59,945 bases of DNA from Tubiluchus corallicola (taxonomy: Eukaryota > Animalia > Priapulida). Where the stretch lies: the NCBI GenBank assembly GCA_030141605.1, contig JAQGDQ010001136.1, forward strand, positions 1-59,945, written 5' to 3'. The notes below the pieces were generated by a model, which saw only the letters and a program-made list of their open reading frames with translations, did not search any database and was not told the DNA's origin. This document shows positions 1 through 10,329 of the stretch, piece by piece. Every line of letters starts with the position of its first letter. The first letter of the stretch is position 1. The position numbers and the translations under genes are program-made.

Positions 1-61
1 ACAAATTATTGCTAAGCGAAATCGATCGTGCTTCGTTCAGTTACGTATTGTTGTTACTTGG

Positions 62-64
62 TGG

Positions 65-100
<36 letters not shown>

Positions 101-110
101 CGATGATGAT

Positions 111-145
<35 letters not shown>

Positions 146-199
146 TGATGATGATGATGATGATGATGACGACGACGATGATGATAATCATGATGATGG
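62..199 (+). repeat. (GAT/GAC)n microsatellite
   Basis: Direct reading. Confidence 0.95.
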
Positions 200-246
200 T
201 CACCAGTGGTCACAAGCTTTGCAGCGTAATTATAATTTTCTTTCAG

Positions 247-363
247 AAGTGGACGATTGTGAAAATGATGTTTGTAAGAACGGAGGTCAATGCACAGACC
301 AGTTTAAAGGCTTCGTGTGTAACTGCACAGACACTGGCTTCACTGGCAGCCATTGTGAAGAAA
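247..363 (+). CDS. cbEGF exon 1 (117 nt) EVDDCENDVCKNGGQCTDQFKGFVCNCTDTGFTGSHCEE
   Basis: tttcag acceptor, A|gtatga donor, six-Cys EGF spacing. Confidence 0.9.
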
Positions 364-479
364 GTATGAAATCGTTTTTTCGTATTTTAAGCCTGTCAAG
401 GTATTTCATGCTGGTTTGATGAACACAATGTAGATGGCGACACCGTAGGGCAGCTCTAAAAACTGCACCATTTGCTTTT

Positions 480-625
480 GTTGCTTTGTTGTTTCAACCC
501 TTTTTTCAACCTTTCTTTCTCTTTTCTTCTTTTTATTTCATTCCTTGCACTTCATTCTTTGTTTCTTTTTCTTTTTTCTTTTTTCTTTCCTTCTTGCTTC
601 CTCTTTTGTTTCGTTCTTTCTTGTT

Positions 626-687
<62 letters not shown>

Positions 688-780
688 CTTCTTTCTTTCT
701 CTATTTCTTTCTTTTTGACTTTTTTCTTTCTTATTTCCTTTTTATACTTACTTTTTCTTCTTTTCACCTCTTTCTTTTAT
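480..780 (+). repeat. Polypyrimidine low-complexity tract with (CT)n
   Basis: Direct reading. Confidence 0.9.
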
Positions 781-913
781 GAAAAATAGATCAAAGTTAA
801 AGTAAAAAATAATTCGGAAGTATACTCAGTGTGCAAACATAGTAAGCATAGTAAACTCAACATACACGAAACAGTTGATATAGCAATTACAAATTTTATA
901 TTTTGCTTTTTAG

Positions 914-1027
914 ATATAGATGAATGCTTGAGCAGTCCATGCAGACATGGGGGAACTTGCATTGATGACATAAACAGTTATAAATGTATTTGTGAACCTG
1001 GTTACACTGGTACAAATTGTCAGCAAG
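914..1027 (+). CDS. cbEGF exon 2 [37 protein letters not shown]
   Basis: ttttag acceptor, G|gtaagt donor, 114 nt. Confidence 0.93.
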
Positions 1028-1089
1028 GTAAGTTCACATGGTTTGTGGGGTACGTGCTGCCTATTGTGTGCCACTTCGCCAGGGTTACC

Positions 1090-1370
1090 GTTCGTCAGTG
1101 GAAAACTTTGACAGTGGTACAATTCGTCAGTGGCACGGCTCGCCTGTGATGAATTTCGCCAGTCATGCGGTTAGCCTGTGGTATGGTACACTGCACCGGT
1201 GGTACCTGCACCGGTGGTACACTGTGCCGGTGGTACACTGCGCCGGTGGTACACTGCGCCGGAGGTACACTTCGCCAGTTGTACACTTTGCCAGTGGTAC
1301 ATTTTGTCAGTGACACACTTTGCCGGTTTGTACACTTCGCCAATGGCACACTTCGTGAGTGGTACACTTT
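1090..1370 (+). repeat. Degenerate ~16-17-bp GC-rich minisatellite (ccggtggtacactgcg)
   Basis: Recurrent gtggtacac core. Confidence 0.85.
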
Positions 1371-1945
1371 TTTGTTTGTTTTCATTTTAAATCTTTCGCA
1401 ATAGTGTTCCGACAGCGCCATTACATGACGTATACGCACAACGTGAATCAGGGGAAGAAAAGGCAATGTTATGTCCCAAGAAACGTTCCATGCAAAATTA
1501 TGTTACATAGCATTTCGATTACCTGCTGGAAAGACTTATGTAACTAGAAAACATAATTATTAATTATTCCAAAAAATGCTTTCACCAATTGGTAAAATGT
1601 CGCTGACTCACCCTCCAGGATGCACCACTCACTAACCAAAAACGTATTTTTAATTTTATTTACAAGATACAGTAATTTCAAATTTTACTTAGTTAGTGAC
1701 ATGTGCGCTACAAATGCTCTGATTACTTTTTCAAACTTCACGCAATGTTATCTAAACTTGTTTCAAATGATTTATCGTCAAAATGGCTGCGTCTAACGGT
1801 CATTGCGGGAGTTTAAATTCACATGTTTTATGCAGCTTTATTGTCGACGCAAGTCCTGCATACAAAAAGACAGCGTTAAGTAGCATAAAATTTCAAGACG
1901 ATTTTTTAGCTTTATGTAAGTTGATGTTTTTCTTGTGTTTCAACT
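1365..1945 (+). mobile_element. Family C element, 5'-truncated copy
   Basis: Colinear with ~48645-49200. Confidence 0.65.
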
Positions 1946-2121
1946 ACCGTGTGTCTCTAAATACTGTTTTTATGGTTGTTTGGCTTCTTACTTGTGTTTA
2001 GTACATCTATAATTATCATACAATTATTTTGGCATTGGAAGCCAAATTTAAGTCTTCTTGAGTTTAGATTAAATTAGGTTTTTTAACAACAAAGATTTTA
2101 ACCATTCAATATTTTTGTCAG

Positions 2122-2235
2122 AAATCGATGAATGTTTGTCTCAACCATGCATGAACCACGCCACTTGCGTCGACGAGTTGAACAACTATAAGTGTTTGTG
2201 TGTCAAGGGCTTCACTGGAGACAGTTGTGAAACAG
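2122..2235 (+). CDS. cbEGF exon 3 [38 protein letters not shown]
   Basis: tgtcag acceptor, G|gtgggt donor, 114 nt. Confidence 0.92.
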
Positions 2236-2432
2236 GTGGGTTGCTTTTATTCAGAAACACACCTGAACATTGCAGCATTCACGTGATTAAAGGAAATGGC
2301 AAAGTTTCGTGGCCAGTTTGGTGCACGTTTGTGACGAGAACACGAAAAGAATTTCCTTCATAGCATATGGTGTTCTCAGAAATATTTATTTCTGTATATA
2401 AAAAATGAAAAAAATAAACTCAAATGGATTGA

Positions 2433-2657
2433 TGGCCTGGAAACAGCCCGGACCTCAATCCGATAGAGAATCTCTGGGAGATACTGAAGGATAAGGTGGC
2501 AGACAGGCAGCCATCAAGTGCTGAAGACTTACGAACAGTTATCAAAGACGTTTGGGTTAAAGAAATTACTTCCGAGTACTGCCAAAACCTAATTTCCAGT
2601 TTGCCTTTTAGACTGAAGGCAGTGATTGACAACTTCGGCGGCCATACAAAGTACTAA
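2433..2657 (+). mobile_element. Tc1/mariner transposase C-terminal fragment
   Basis: Translates WPGNSPDLNPIENLW...RLKAVIDNFGGHTKY-stop, the Tc1 DDE C-terminal signature. Confidence 0.9.
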
Positions 2658-2911
2658 AATGTTCAAGGACTGTGACTATTTTTGGATAAAAACATACAAA
2701 CTATGCTGTAGTATATTTTTCTAGAAGAATAAATGAATAGTTTTTAGATGGAACCGTGTTAAGCGATGGTTTTGTCAATTTTCATGAAAAAATCACTTTG
2801 GTCTTAAACTTTTTGAAATGATTGCAAAAAAATAAAAAAAATAAACTCGGCTGCTTTCACTACTTACATATGTATAATTACCTAATTATTGTAATATTAA
2901 GACAAAACAAA

Positions 2912-3025
2912 GGCCAAATCACGTTGAAAACACCGGTTCTCTTCTGATCACCGAAGTTAAGCAACGTAGAGCATGGTTAGTACTTGGATGGGTGACCGCC
3001 TAGGAATACCAGATGTTGTAGGCTT
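2912..3025 (+). pseudogene. 5S rRNA-derived sequence (pseudogene or SINE3-type head), lacking the first ~6 nt
   Basis: ggcca..cacgttgaaaacaccggttctc..gatcaccgaagttaagcaacgt..ggttagtacttggatgggtgaccgcct.ggaatacc..gtaggctt follows the metazoan 5S consensus; no oligo-T terminator. Confidence 0.9.
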
Positions 3026-3550
3026 GCTTGATGCCCACACTGTATCTCGACAATAGGCGGAGGAGCTGCACAAGCAGCCAACGGCTAGAGGGCAGAGGAG
3101 GTCAAGTGACCCAACGGCCATATGTAGAGGAGTAAACCTTCCAAATCAGGAGTGGAGCCCCGAAGGCGGACCAGTGCAGCATGCTCACTGAATCCGGCAG
3201 CTCCTGCAGCCAACCTGGTGCCAAACGTATCGCTCCGCTTTCCTTTGGACTACACCAGGGAGGAAGAGAGGGGATTTCTGTTGTCTGAGCAACTCAGGAT
3301 CTCCATACACCTTGCCCAGGCGTGCGCCCTGGAGACGTTCAAGAATCGCACTGGTCAGCCACAGTCGACGCTGCAGCTCCATCAATGTGATCAATAACAG
3401 ACTCTCTTGGCGCACACTCTATTGTCTTCCGAGACAGAAGGATGCCAACAAGAACAACAACAGTGCTGTGATCAATAACTGACTCTCTTGGCGCACACTC
3501 CATTGTCTTCCGAGACAGAAGGATGCCAACAACAACAACAACAGCGCTGT
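3026..3550 (+). mobile_element. GC-rich retroposon-like body after the 5S head (resembles an RTE-clade 5' UTR), with a duplicated ~80-bp end carrying (CAA)n
   Basis: GC-rich block; duplication ~3387-3466 / 3467-3550, each copy with a caa run near its end; RTE resemblance is from memory only. Confidence 0.45.
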
Positions 3551-4214
3551 GAACGCAGCAGAACAATAAGACAAAACAAAATAATTAAGACTCACATCTT
3601 TCAATTGTGCAAGATCTACGGTTACTTCTACAGTATGCATTGTCTTGTTTTTTCCATCTTCACAAGCCCATTGTTTTTTATAGTGAATGATGAAAATAGT
3701 GCGTCATGTCTAAAAACGTAAGAAGATATGGCGTAGACGACGGCTTCATGACTACTTGTTTGGCACACTGGATCTAGTAGGAAAGAGTTGATGAACAGTC
3801 CAACAAAAGTAGGGCGTCATGTCTAGAGATGAAGTTTTATAACCTCGCTTAAAGGAAGACAGCCCCAATCATTTCCAGCCCCAAACATTTTAACACAATT
3901 AATACCACAAAAGCGCTTCTGATAATTAAATAATAGATTAAATACTCAACTAACGGCGGGCGAGCCCATCTGTTGTTGACATCACAAACTAACATAATTT
4001 TCAACAGCAAAAATATTTCACGAGCGTGTTGCACGTGTCTGCGAAGGCGAAAATTGCAGTACTACTGTAAGATATTCAGAGTGTTGTACCTAAACTAGGC
4101 AGTTTTACTTCAACAAAAGTGGTTTAGTCGTTTATATACATGGTATAATTCAGAATAAAGTTGTATCCACAAATGTACACCATTTTAATCCAAGCAAATT
4201 TATTTGTAGAACTG

Positions 4215-4311
4215 CCTTGTGTTGAACTGTGTTGCCCCGTGTTGCCCCGTGTTGCCCCGTGTTGCACTGTGTTGCCCCGTGTTGGCCTGTGTTGCCCCGT
4301 GTTGCCCTGTG
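4215..4311 (+). repeat. 10-bp minisatellite (gtgttgcccc)
   Basis: Direct reading. Confidence 0.85.
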
Positions 4312-4389
4312 TAAATTCGACTAATATGATCTTAGCCAATAAGAGCAGCTAAGCAAGTCAAATTATTTGGCATTTTTTTCTTTTTTTAG

Positions 4390-4503
4390 ATATCAACGAA
4401 TGTTTATCTAATCCATGTCTGAATGGAGCGTCTTGCAAAGATCGTATCGACTCGGTGTCTTGCATGTGTGTAGACGGCTACACCGGACAGTACTGTGAAA
4501 CAG
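4390..4503 (+). CDS. cbEGF exon 4 DINECLSNPCLNGASCKDRIDSVSCMCVDGYTGQYCET
   Basis: poly-T plus ag acceptor, G|gtacga donor, 114 nt. Confidence 0.92.
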
Positions 4504-5037
4504 GTACGACCGTTACCGTCGCAAATGAGTAGCCGTAGTAGTGGTTTGAAGAAACCAAAAAACTTGAAATTTAGTTTTAAGATTTTATTCTGAAGTGTCT
4601 ACGTAAACAGTGAAGTAGTGTCATGTTGAAAATCAGAAAACCAAGTGACAAAAAACTACAGGTGAAATCATTTAGGTGTGAAAACAGGTTTAGAGATTAT
4701 GCATTCATAGAAGCCAATTAAAATTTAAACAGTAAAGAGAAAGATTTAACAATTTTAACAAGAACACCTGAAGGTGGCAGCACTATCCAAAACTCAACTA
4801 AGTATGATGACAATACAGCATAAATTTAAATTTAGAGTAAATAAAATGATTTTCTTCTGTCCACGTAGCGTTGATAGCAGTACGGGGCGGGGCAAAAGAA
4901 AAATGGAAACATCAAACGTCAAACGATTTTATCACCTGATTTTGTCTATCATTCCAAGTTTACTTTCTGTTGGCTGTTTTTTTCTATATTTGCATTGACG
5001 AAGGTTTTTACTTACCGTAGATGCAGCTAGAGAAAAA

Positions 5038-5408
5038 TAGGACCTGTTAAACTATGTTAAAAGCGTTAGATTATGATAGATAATTATGCTGATGAATGCT
5101 GGTATGAAGCCCAGTTAAGGTGTGGTGTCACGTGATCAAGTGATTCAGAACCGAAGCGTAGGCGTCGATGCGTCGAAGCTCGGCGCACGATATATAAGCC
5201 TTGTGATGCGCCCAGCTCAGGGGATTGAGTCTGGAGCTGAAGGAGAGGAGGCTAGATCAGGGGGGCTTGGCATTGCTATCTCTTATATTTATTGTGTTTG
5301 ATGTTCAATAAACGTGTAGTTTTATAATCAGACTCTTCATAGTTTTGCCATCCCTAAAACACCAATAATCAGCTTTACACAACCAACACAACGAATTATT
5401 TTACTTCT
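5038..5408 (+). mobile_element. LTR-like interspersed repeat family A, copy 1
   Basis: Near-identical to 26680-27040; TATATAA at 5191 and AATAAA at 5307. Confidence 0.65.
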
Positions 5409-5985
5409 AGAATATGCGCTTAAATGGCTGTAATCATTTTAAAGTCATTTTACCCCAAAAATACTTTTACCCTTCGTCAGCGAGTTTTAAATTCAAGCAA
5501 TGAAGTCATACGTGGTTTCATTCTTAATACTGATGTCATTTTAATTTCGAATATTTTTGCCCTTTGGGAATATACACTTACTAACCCTTTTTTACATATT
5601 TAAATTGCTAATCTTCTGTTCTTTGTGTAAATATTTATTATATTTGTCTTGTAGTAATATTTTTAATAGTGATATATTAGCTAAGCTTTATTTATTATTC
5701 GGTGTTTATATATTTTACGCGGGTTTTCGCTTGCGACGACTAAGCCTAGCAGATACATGCACAGTATGTATGTTGAATACAGGGAATGTTGACATAGCAA
5801 CGCGTTGAAGTTTGTTGCCATGCAGTCTATATTGTGACTCGTCAGATTCTGTAAAATTCGTAAAAAACGCGTTTTATAGTCATTTTCTGAAGACATCTAT
5901 AAAGCGATTAATCTCAGGAACGCAGCCATTTTATTTAGCAACAACATAAATTCTGAAAGAAGCTGGGCAACGTATTAAAACAAAT

Positions 5986-8346
5986 ATGGCGTCTACAACA
6001 AGCTTTATTGCTTTAGAGGATGACCACAGTCATTGTCATGCTACCTGCAGCGACAGTGATGATAACGTTCATCATGAATTAAGTGAATACGTCAGCGAAC
6101 CTGTCGATAGAACTCTAACAGTGGCACATACTTGCAGCGACAGTGATGATAATGTTCATGATGAACTAAGTGAATACGTCAGCGAACCTGTCGATAGAAC
6201 TCAAACAGTGGCACATACCCTCAGCGACAGTGATGATAATGTTCATGATGAATTAAGCGAATACGTCAGCGAACCTGTCGATAGAACTCAAACAGTGGCA
6301 CAGACCCTCAGCGTCAGTGATGATAATGTTCATGATGAATTAAGCGAATACGTCAGCGAAGCTGTCGATAGAACTCAAACAGTGGCACAGACCCTCAGCG
6401 TCAGTGATGATAATGTTCATGATAAATTAAGTGAAAACGTCAGCGAACCTGTCGATAGAACTCAAACAGCAGCACATACCCTCAGCAACAGTGATGATAA
6501 CGTTCATGATGAATTAAGCGAATACGTCAGCGAACCTGTCGATAGAACTCAAACAGCAGCACATACCTGCAGCGACAGTGATGATAATGTTCATGATGAA
6601 TTAAGTGAATACGTCAGTGAACCTGTCGATAGAACTCAAACAGTGGCACATACCCTCAGTGACAGTGATGATAACGTTCATGATGAATTAAGTGAATACG
6701 TCAGCGAACCTGTCGATAGAACTCAAACAGTGGCACATACCCTCAGCGACAGTGGTGATAACGTTCATGATGAATTAACTGAATATGTCAGCGAACCTGT
6801 CGATAGAACTCAAACAGTGGCACATACCTGCAGCGACAGTGATGATAATGTTCATGATGAATTAAGTGAATACGTCAGCGAACCTGTCGATAGAACTCAA
6901 ACAGTGGCACATACCCTCGGCGACAGTGATGATAATGTTCATGATGAACTAAGCGAATACGTCAGCGAACCTGTCGATAGAACTCAAACAGTGGCACATA
7001 CCCTCGGCGACAGTGATGATAATGTTCATGATGAATTAAGTGAATACGTCAGCGAACCTGTTGATAGAACTCAAATGGTTGCACATTGCTCGAGTGAGAT
7101 GTTCCCTCCCTCGTACGTTACAGCTCTAAATGCTTGTGGACCACCACCAGCATACGTGCCAGTTGAAGAACAATTTACAGCTAATGCAAACCATACTGTT
7201 GGCAGCCTGCCAGACTACAGCAGGCTGTGGAATCCTTCAAATGTGGAGGCACCACCACCATATTCTAGAAGTTGTATTGATTACAATCCTACACTGTATC
7301 GGAATGTTTCTGCTGTTTTGAGAGAATCACAGACAGATGAAAGTGAAGATAGACGTGAGGAATCACAAACTGTACAGGCAACAGTTCTTGAAGTACCAGA
7401 TCAGTATATCATGCTGCTGTGCTCCAAGAGCCATGGATTTAGAAACTACCGTAAAATGACTACAAGTTATTTTTGGGGATATCATCCTATGAATAATAAT
7501 TGGAAGCTGGTGTGTGATACGCCTGCACCTCTGTGTAACCATGGCATTGCAGTACTTGGGCAATTTGTCTTTGTTACTGGTGGGACAATGAACATCAAGC
7601 ATCAGAGAAAAAGTCACGTGATCTCTTTGAGAACTGCATATAAGTACGACTCGAGGAACAAAGTCTGGAGCAGCATTTCCGATATGAGAAAACCTCGTAC
7701 GAACCACGAATGCGTGGCTTTTGGCGGAAAGATATTTGCCATTGGAGGTCACAACGCCAAAACCACATACAAACTTATGAGCTCTGTTGAGATATATGAC
7801 CCGATAACTGACGCGTGGACGTGGGGACATTCCATGAACTATCCCAGGGTCGCGTTTGGTATCGCCGTTCACGATTCTTGGATATTTACGGTAGGCGGTA
7901 TGGCAGCGAGTGGAAACCGTTTGGTAATGTCGGACATTGTGGAAACCTTTTCCGCAAGAACCAATCGATGGTCTGTACGGAATCGGTTGGAACATCCCAG
8001 GGCTGCTTCAAGCTTGTGTTCATCTAACGGTACCCTGTATTTAATTGGCGGATTTGGGAAGGTAGACACCGATTCTTGTCTCAGATATTTGGCAGGTATT
8101 GAGGCATATGATGATGAGACAGACACGTGGTTGCTGAGCACGTGGATGAAATATCCGAGACGTAGATTCACTTCTGTCAGCTTAGGTACAAAGATCTACA
8201 TCATCGGTGGAACGTCAGAAAATCGTGGACCTATACAAGAAATTGAGTGCTATGATACAGCAAGAGACTACTGGATATTAGGCCTTGCAGACTTGCCCGA
8301 GACTAGTCTTGGTGAAAAGGCTGTTCTTGTCAACGGCACCAGATGA
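5986..8346 (+). CDS. Intronless nested Kelch-repeat protein (786 aa): 12 acidic 29-aa repeats, PY-motif linker, C-terminal Kelch beta-propeller; no BTB/BACK
   Basis: Uninterrupted ORF; ATG in AATATGG context with upstream in-frame TAA (5947); five hydrophobic-GG...Y-D...W Kelch blades (FVTGG, FAIGG, FTVGG, YLIGG, YIIGG) plus a degenerate first blade. Confidence 0.88.
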   Translation: MASTTSFIALEDDHSHCHATCSDSDDNVHHELSEYVSEPVDRTLTVAHTCSDSDDNVHDELSEYVSEPVDRTQTVAHTLSDSDDNVHDELSEYVSEPVDRTQTVAQTLSVSDDNVHDELSEYVSEAVDRTQTVAQTLSVSDDNVHDKLSENVSEPVDRTQTAAHTLSNSDDNVHDELSEYVSEPVDRTQTAAHTCSDSDDNVHDELSEYVSEPVDRTQTVAHTLSDSDDNVHDELSEYVSEPVDRTQTVAHTLSDSGDNVHDELTEYVSEPVDRTQTVAHTCSDSDDNVHDELSEYVSEPVDRTQTVAHTLGDSDDNVHDELSEYVSEPVDRTQTVAHTLGDSDDNVHDELSEYVSEPVDRTQMVAHCSSEMFPPSYVTALNACGPPPAYVPVEEQFTANANHTVGSLPDYSRLWNPSNVEAPPPYSRSCIDYNPTLYRNVSAVLRESQTDESEDRREESQTVQATVLEVPDQYIMLLCSKSHGFRNYRKMTTSYFWGYHPMNNNWKLVCDTPAPLCNHGIAVLGQFVFVTGGTMNIKHQRKSHVISLRTAYKYDSRNKVWSSISDMRKPRTNHECVAFGGKIFAIGGHNAKTTYKLMSSVEIYDPITDAWTWGHSMNYPRVAFGIAVHDSWIFTVGGMAASGNRLVMSDIVETFSARTNRWSVRNRLEHPRAASSLCSSNGTLYLIGGFGKVDTDSCLRYLAGIEAYDDETDTWLLSTWMKYPRRRFTSVSLGTKIYIIGGTSENRGPIQEIECYDTARDYWILGLADLPETSLGEKAVLVNGTR
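6040..7083 (+). repeat. Coding minisatellite, 12 x 87 bp (HTLSDSDDNVHDELSEYVSEPVDRTQTVA)
   Basis: Units counted in the translation; no indels or stops. Confidence 0.95.
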
Positions 8347-8444
8347 TAGGACCTTGATGCACCATAGCTAATTGCAGAGCTTTTATTTTTATTGCTTCTG
8401 TGAGCAGTGAATTTCTTTTTTGTAGCCTATCTAATAGAAGTTTA

Positions 8445-8450
8445 AATAAA
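8445..8450 (+). terminator. Candidate polyadenylation signal of the Kelch gene
   Basis: AATAAA ~100 nt after the stop, followed by T/GT-rich sequence. Confidence 0.5.
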
Positions 8451-8489
8451 ATGTAAACTTGTTTTGAGATGATTTTCGTTTCTTCTCCT

Positions 8490-8758
8490 CTTTTCCTTCT
8501 TCCTATCCCTAATCTTACTATTTTTTCCATTCCATCATGTCTACTAACCCTAACCATTCTTTCATTCACTCATTCTCCCCTTCCTTCCTTCTTCCTATCC
8601 CTAATGTTACTATTTTTTCCATTCCATCATGTCTACTAACCCTAACAATTCTTTCATTCACTCATCCTCTCCTCCCTTCCTTCTTCCTATCCCTAATCTT
8701 ACTATTTTTTTCCATTCCATCATGTCTACTAACCCTAACCATTCTTTCATTCACTCAT
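8490..8758 (+). repeat. Three degenerate ~90-95-bp tandem units (cctatccctaat...ctactaaccctaac)
   Basis: Direct reading. Confidence 0.8.
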
Positions 8759-8913
8759 TTGTGCAATCCTAACAAGCCAAGCTTTCAAGGTGTCATACAG
8801 CAACTCTTTTATTTGGTTAATTTGACTTCAACGTTTTTTTACCTATACTGTTTCTTTTTCTTTCAATAATATTGTATGTTGTTGTATTGTATATGTATTG
8901 CTGGAGTGAAATA

Positions 8914-8914
8914 A

Positions 8915-8975
<61 letters not shown>

Positions 8976-8978
8976 CTG
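8914..8978 (+). repeat. (ATTG)n microsatellite
   Basis: Direct reading. Confidence 0.95.
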
Positions 8979-9093
8979 AAAGCAATTAATGACTTGTGTG
9001 GTATTTACAATTGTCACATTGTGATCATTATGATCATTTTTTGAAAAAGTGAAAGCGTTGGTTTTACACTAATGCAAGTAGCACACGGGAACG

Positions 9094-9871
9094 CAGTGGT
9101 GGCTCGTGTATAGGTAGTTACTGTGGTACTGCAGCGCCCCCTATTTTCACTAATCATAATATTCAATGTAATTTCTGCACTTACTAAATATAATTTATAC
9201 AGTCCCTTCTTGTTAATAGATCATTGTTTTTAGTGACAGTGCTGTTTTGAATGAGCAATTCTAGTTGAGTCACCAGCAGTGGTGGCTCGCGTATAGGTGC
9301 CGTGGTACTGCAGCACCCCCTATTTTCACTCAAATCAATAATATTCAATATAATGAGTCTTTTTTTTCTTTTGTTCTTTCTTTATACTTGTACGGAACCG
9401 GAACACGTAAGGGAAGTGCAATTTCCTTCACAGCCCAAGCAACGTGGTGTTTGGCTGTTGTGCGCATCCGGCCACGCGCACATGCCTGAGACAACACACT
9501 AGTGTCTGCTGCAATGTAGAAAAGTACTGTCTCTATCACAGTAACAATTGCCACGTGCTTACCGTGTACCATCATATACTTGGATATGATAAAGTGTAAA
9601 TTTAGCGCGTGTGCTTAAAACATAAATTATTTAATAATGGACGCCTTGCATCTCCAAGAAATAAGTTCTGTGACTGTAAGTGAACTACAACAGCTTAATT
9701 TTTCACAGCTGTCTCTCCATGAGAAAGTTGCAGTTAATAAAAGAGGTTGTTCAACACTCGATCTTCAAATATAACTACAATGTTAAAATTATAGGTGTTT
9801 GCTACGTTTCACACAGTATTAAAAATTTTCTGAATCAGCACCCCCCTAATTTTAGCTACGAGCGGCCACTG
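9094..9871 (+). mobile_element. Non-autonomous hAT-like element with a duplicated left end
   Basis: TIR cagtggtggctcg / cgagcggccactg; imperfect 8-bp TSD cgggaacg / agtgaacg; second left end near 9277. Confidence 0.65.
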
Positions 9872-10329
9872 AGTGAACGAAATTTTCATCACATTTGTGC
9901 TGGAAAACGCTGCAAAAAAAAAACCATAGTGTAATGTACAAGCTGAAACCAATAATGCGTTTCCATAACTAAGTTGTTTATTCTTCAAAAATACAAAGTT
10001 GCTCTAGTCTACAAAGTTACTAATTGTACTGGCTACCTACAAATATTACCTCTACAAAGCTCTACTGAAATGCGTACTAGAAAACTACATTTTACAGAGT
10101 AGTACACTAGACGAGAAAGCTAGAATGCATACAAACATACACTGTGGGTCCAATATTGAGTCCACAGATGCCAGAATGTCAGCAAAAGGTAGCCAGTTAC
10201 AGTCTAGTCACAGGTTAAATTTTAAACACAACATGTACGTGTGTACGTGATAAGTTTCGCTATGACTAATACCCCCTGACACTTGTCCCAGTGTAAGAGT
10301 TTTCCAAGGCTTCAATTTGTAATAATATT

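Noticed and set aside
2912-3025. Functional 5S rRNA gene
   Set aside because: 5' end missing, several substitutions in stems, no oligo-T terminator, not in a tandem array.
5931-5985. Kelch ORF as an alternative terminal exon spliced to EGF exon 4
   Set aside because: The better acceptor (ttatttag, 5938) leads to in-frame TAA at 5947; the other phase-compatible AG (5959) lacks a pyrimidine tract; and an extracellular EGF to cytosolic Kelch fusion has no transmembrane segment.
7363-8171. Antisense ORFs over the Kelch gene, and + strand ORFs over the GPCR (30909-31598)
   Set aside because: Shadow ORFs of real coding sequence with no recognisable motifs.
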